A stretch of 64,000 nucleotides of DNA from SAR202 cluster bacterium AC-647-P02_OGT_505m. GTDB taxonomy: Bacteria; Chloroflexota; Dehalococcoidia; Lucifugimonadales; UBA826. Below, in pieces: positions 60,797 to 64,000 of this stretch (the stretch's first letter is position 1; the number at the start of each line of letters is the position of its first letter). A program made the position numbers and the translations under genes. Location of the stretch: assembly GCA_009391195.1 (NCBI GenBank), contig VEXB01000004.1, positions 6,665 to 70,664 on the forward strand, written 5' to 3'. The notes beneath the pieces were generated by a model. It worked only from the letters and a program-made list of their open reading frames with translations. It was not told the origin of the DNA and did not search any database.

Positions 60797-61767
60797 TCAA
60801 GTGTTTCCGGTACGGTAGTTGGGTTGAGCTGTTGCTCTTCAATGGTTAGTCGAAGGAAAATTTCTTCCAAGGACATACCCAAGGACTGCAACTTAAGTAA
60901 TTCCCATTGATTTTCAATGACTGCTGTTGCTAGGTCCGATCGAATATCCTTCCCGAGGTCTACAGTAATTTGGTATCTGTGGAACGCTCCACCTGTGGAA
61001 CTGTCCCGACTTATTTCTTGGACCCCATCGACTGATTCCAGCACAGGTATTATTTCCCTGTTAGGACCCTTTACTTCAAGTTCAACTCTTTCAACACCAG
61101 ACAAATTAGTGCCCAAGTTCTCCGGTTCGTCTACAGCGACTATCTGCCCTTCATGAATAATAATTATCCTATCGCAAATCAGAGAAACCTCTGGCAGGAT
61201 ATGGGAGCTTAATATAAGCGTGTGTTCGTCTCCCAAATCTTTTATAAGTTGTCGGGTTTCAACCACTTGTATTGGATCAATGCCAATGGTAGGTTCGTCT
61301 AGGATTAGAACATCAGGCTCATGGAGTATTGCCTGAGATATACCGACTCTTTGCCTGTATCCTTTAGACAATTTACCGATTATGGTAGAAGAGTATTCTT
61401 CAAGATGACATAGCTCAATTACGTCAGAACGGCGTCTGTTTATTTCACTTCCGTTCATGCCACGAATGGTACCCATGAATGAGAGATAGTCAGAGACAGT
61501 CATATCGAGATACAAAGGAACCGTTTCAGGGAGATATCCTATGTGTTTTCGAGCGTTTAAAGACTCTTCGACGATATCAAATCCGGCTATTGAGGCAGTG
61601 CCACTAGTAGGAGGCATAAATCCAGTCAGTATTTTCATCGTGGTAGATTTGCCAGCACCATTCGGCCCTAAAAATCCTAAGATTTCTCCTTTTGGCACTG
61701 AAAACGTGAGACCAGTGACTGCTGGAAAATCGCCATAGTACTTTGTTATGTCAGATACTTCTATCAA
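60793..61767 (-). CDS. GldA-like ABC ATPase
   Basis: GPNGAGKST, LSKGYRQRVG, LDEPT, SSHIL, SLEEIFL. Confidence 0.9.
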   Translation of the reverse strand: MIEVSDITKYYGDFPAVTGLTFSVPKGEILGFLGPNGAGKSTTMKILTGFMPPTSGTASIAGFDIVEESLNARKHIGYLPETVPLYLDMTVSDYLSFMGTIRGMNGSEINRRRSDVIELCHLEEYSSTIIGKLSKGYRQRVGISQAILHEPDVLILDEPTIGIDPIQVVETRQLIKDLGDEHTLILSSHILPEVSLICDRIIIIHEGQIVAVDEPENLGTNLSGVERVELEVKGPNREIIPVLESVDGVQEISRDSSTGGAFHRYQITVDLGKDIRSDLATAVIENQWELLKLQSLGMSLEEIFLRLTIEEQQLNPTTVPETLE

Positions 61768-61967
61768 TAGCTTTAATTCAATATTTAATGGCTGCGATTG
61801 ATGTAACGTGATTCAGTTGCTGCAACATAAGGCACTAGCGAACCTTTATTACAACTGAAGAATAGTAAATCAACAGCTTTCGTAGTTCAATAGTTATAAG
61901 GATCGCAAATTTGTTTTATTCCTTCATATAAAGCATTGAAATATTTTACCGGTATGATATTGGTACC

Positions 61968-62381
61968 ATGCATTTAATAATAGACGGCTATACAGCCGAT
62001 AGGAAACTTTTGTGGGATCAGACCAGAGTTGAAAAATTTCTGGAAACGTATCCTTCAAAACTGGGGATGACAGTCATATCCCCTCCAAATGTGGTCAGCT
62101 ACAAGGGTTCTAAGAAGGATGACTGGGGGATTTCAGGGGTAGTATTGATCGCGGAAAGCCATATAAGCGTACATACATTTCCACTACGCAATTATCTAAA
62201 TGTGGATATTTTTTCCTGTAAATGGTTTGATTCTGACAGGGCGCAACAGGAGGTGTCAAAGCTGTTTGGCGTTCAAAGAATTAGTTCCAATTTGATAGAA
62301 AGAGGTATTGAATATTTAACCGATGATGAGGCGGAAGAGGGTATGCTTAGTGAGAGATTGTCATTGACGGATAATGAGTGA
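61968..62381 (+). CDS. speD: S-adenosylmethionine decarboxylase proenzyme (pyruvoyl)
   Basis: HLIID, G.SGVVLIAE|SHISVHT self-cleavage site, DIFSC. Confidence 0.85.
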   Translation: MHLIIDGYTADRKLLWDQTRVEKFLETYPSKLGMTVISPPNVVSYKGSKKDDWGISGVVLIAESHISVHTFPLRNYLNVDIFSCKWFDSDRAQQEVSKLFGVQRISSNLIERGIEYLTDDEAEEGMLSERLSLTDNE

Positions 62382-62517
62382 GGTATTAGATACTATGGTG
62401 CTTTTTTAAAAATCTGAAAGTGAACCAACTCCGTGAAATGAGATTTATTGTGGTTGTGATGATAGGGCTGGAATGTGTTTCAAGAGATGAACAATAATTA
62501 ATGAAATTGAGTAGCCA

Positions 62518-63714
62518 ATGAACGGTGATTCCGAAAAATTGGTCTATATGGACCACGCGGCAACGACACCCCTTAGGTCTGAAGCCTTGGAAGATATGCT
62601 TCCCTACCTTCAGGGTAGTTTTGGAAATCCATCTAGCCTGTATACACTGGCCCAGGAAGCTCGGAATGCAGTCGATAGGTCACGGCGTACGATTGCAAGC
62701 CTGATCGGAGCGCGTTCTAGCGAACTAACCTTTACTAGCGGGGGAACTGAGTCAGACAACGCGGCCATTAAAGGTGGTGCCATGGCCATGAGACATCTTG
62801 GAAGGCATATCATCACGTCCGCTATAGAGCACCATGCTGTTTTGCACACATGCCACCAAATGGAGCAATTTGGCTTTGAGGTTACTTATCTTCCAGTGGA
62901 TCAATATGGTCTTGTTAGCGAATCAGACCTATTGAACGCAGTAACCTCAGAAACGATACTGGTTAGTATCATGATGGCTAACAATGAGATTGGAACGATA
63001 CAGCCGATTTCAGAACTTTCAGAATCTATCCAATCTGTTTCCAGGAGAGATGAAAGAACAATCCTATTTCACACTGATGCTGTGCAGGCTCTAGGTCATG
63101 TACCAGTCGATTTGTCCCAACTTGCAGCTGTTCATATGTTGAGTATGTCGGCCCATAAGTTCCACGGCCCTCGAGGTGTAGGGGGGTTGTTTATTAGGCG
63201 AGGAACCCCATTTGAACCTCTCATCATGGGAGGCGGACAAGAACGCCAACGTAGATCTGGAACTGAAAATGTGGCGGGGATAGTGGGGATGGCAACGGCA
63301 TTGAAACTTTCTGTGGACGAGATAGAGGAAAATAAAAGTAAATTACAAAACCTGCGAAACAAAATTGTCAAAACTCTATCAAGTGAAATTAAGGGCGTTG
63401 TTTTCAATGGGCATGATGAAGATAGATTGCCGAATAACGTAAGCGTGTCGGTTGAAGGGGTGGAAGGAGAGCCAATACTACTTGGACTTGATTTGAAGGG
63501 TATCTGTGCATCAAGCGGAAGTGCTTGCTCATCAGCTTCTTTAGAGCCCTCTCATGTGCTTCTCGCGCTAGGGAGGTCGGCGGAGCAAGCACAAGGCACA
63601 CTTCGCATCACATTAGGAAGAGACAATTCTGAAGAAGATGTAGACTATTTGCTGGAAACATTAATTGATCTTGTATATAAACTCAGGTCTATGCCATCGC
63701 TGACTAGTTCTTAA
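62518..63714 (+). CDS. iscS: Cysteine desulfurase (IscS/NifS group I)
   Basis: [34 protein letters not shown]. Confidence 0.93.
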   Translation: MNGDSEKLVYMDHAATTPLRSEALEDMLPYLQGSFGNPSSLYTLAQEARNAVDRSRRTIASLIGARSSELTFTSGGTESDNAAIKGGAMAMRHLGRHIITSAIEHHAVLHTCHQMEQFGFEVTYLPVDQYGLVSESDLLNAVTSETILVSIMMANNEIGTIQPISELSESIQSVSRRDERTILFHTDAVQALGHVPVDLSQLAAVHMLSMSAHKFHGPRGVGGLFIRRGTPFEPLIMGGGQERQRRSGTENVAGIVGMATALKLSVDEIEENKSKLQNLRNKIVKTLSSEIKGVVFNGHDEDRLPNNVSVSVEGVEGEPILLGLDLKGICASSGSACSSASLEPSHVLLALGRSAEQAQGTLRITLGRDNSEEDVDYLLETLIDLVYKLRSMPSLTSS

Positions 63715-63754
63715 TGTCAGTTGTGACTGCTGGATATTATTCGGAAGTGTTGAA

Positions 63755-64000
63755 TTGTTAAATGGATTGAAAATACCAAGCGTTTTATCTTTGTTTTTTA
63801 TCGGTTGCATTACTGTATCTTCGGTTTTTACCATTGCCTGCAACAGTGAGCCAGAGAATCGGTCAGTGGCAGGCAGGAATATTGAAGTTCATACAGGATT
63901 TCCTGTAATAGTTGACTCAGCGTTCTATATGGGTACCGACGGGAAAACCTGGGTAATCACTCCAAGTGCTTCAAATAGGCAATTGGTTGTTATGAAGCCG
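63755..64000 (+). CDS. Putative lipoprotein, 3'-partial (not in the ORF track)
   Basis: Frame open from TTG 63755/63767 to the window end: KIPSVLSLFFIGCITVSSVFTIAC-NSEP..., signal peptide with IAC lipobox. Confidence 0.55.
   Translation, partial: MLNGLKIPSVLSLFFIGCITVSSVFTIACNSEPENRSVAGRNIEVHTGFPVIVDSAFYMGTDGKTWVITPSASNRQLVVMKP

Overview
A gene-dense bacterial chromosomal segment with no phage, IS, integrase or CRISPR signal. The gene repertoire points to Chloroflexota/Dehalococcoidia, most likely marine SAR202; this is inferred from the luciferase-like monooxygenase, NHL, CaiB and SDR paralogues, the homodimeric GlyRS, the T-box-controlled IleRS2 and the Val/Glu/Lys-repeat lipoprotein. Housekeeping blocks (tmk, pdxST, gap, eno, mdh, folPK, glyQS, ileS, lysS, rsmD-coaD, speD, iscS, three tRNAs) flank a ~24 kb catabolic region at 18-42 kb. 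The best hidden feature is that the two ORFs at 20966-21445 and 21464-22159 are in frame and joined by TGA in a U-P-A-C motif followed by a hairpin. They therefore read as one 397-aa orphan PrdB/GrdB-like selenoprotein with an extra C-terminal domain and no neighbouring reductase subunits. Other leads are: two cytoplasmic NHL proteins retaining PAL (carbinolamide lyase) motifs beside flavin monooxygenases; a transcarboxylase-like operon coupled to mdh; a split D-glutamate cyclase pair; an IleRS2 with GVHH/EMHKS motifs; alveolin-like repeats in a betaine-type binding protein behind a long structured leader; and a Walker-A-degenerate His-rich kinase-fold protein. All family calls come from motif recognition by eye; no database searches were run.
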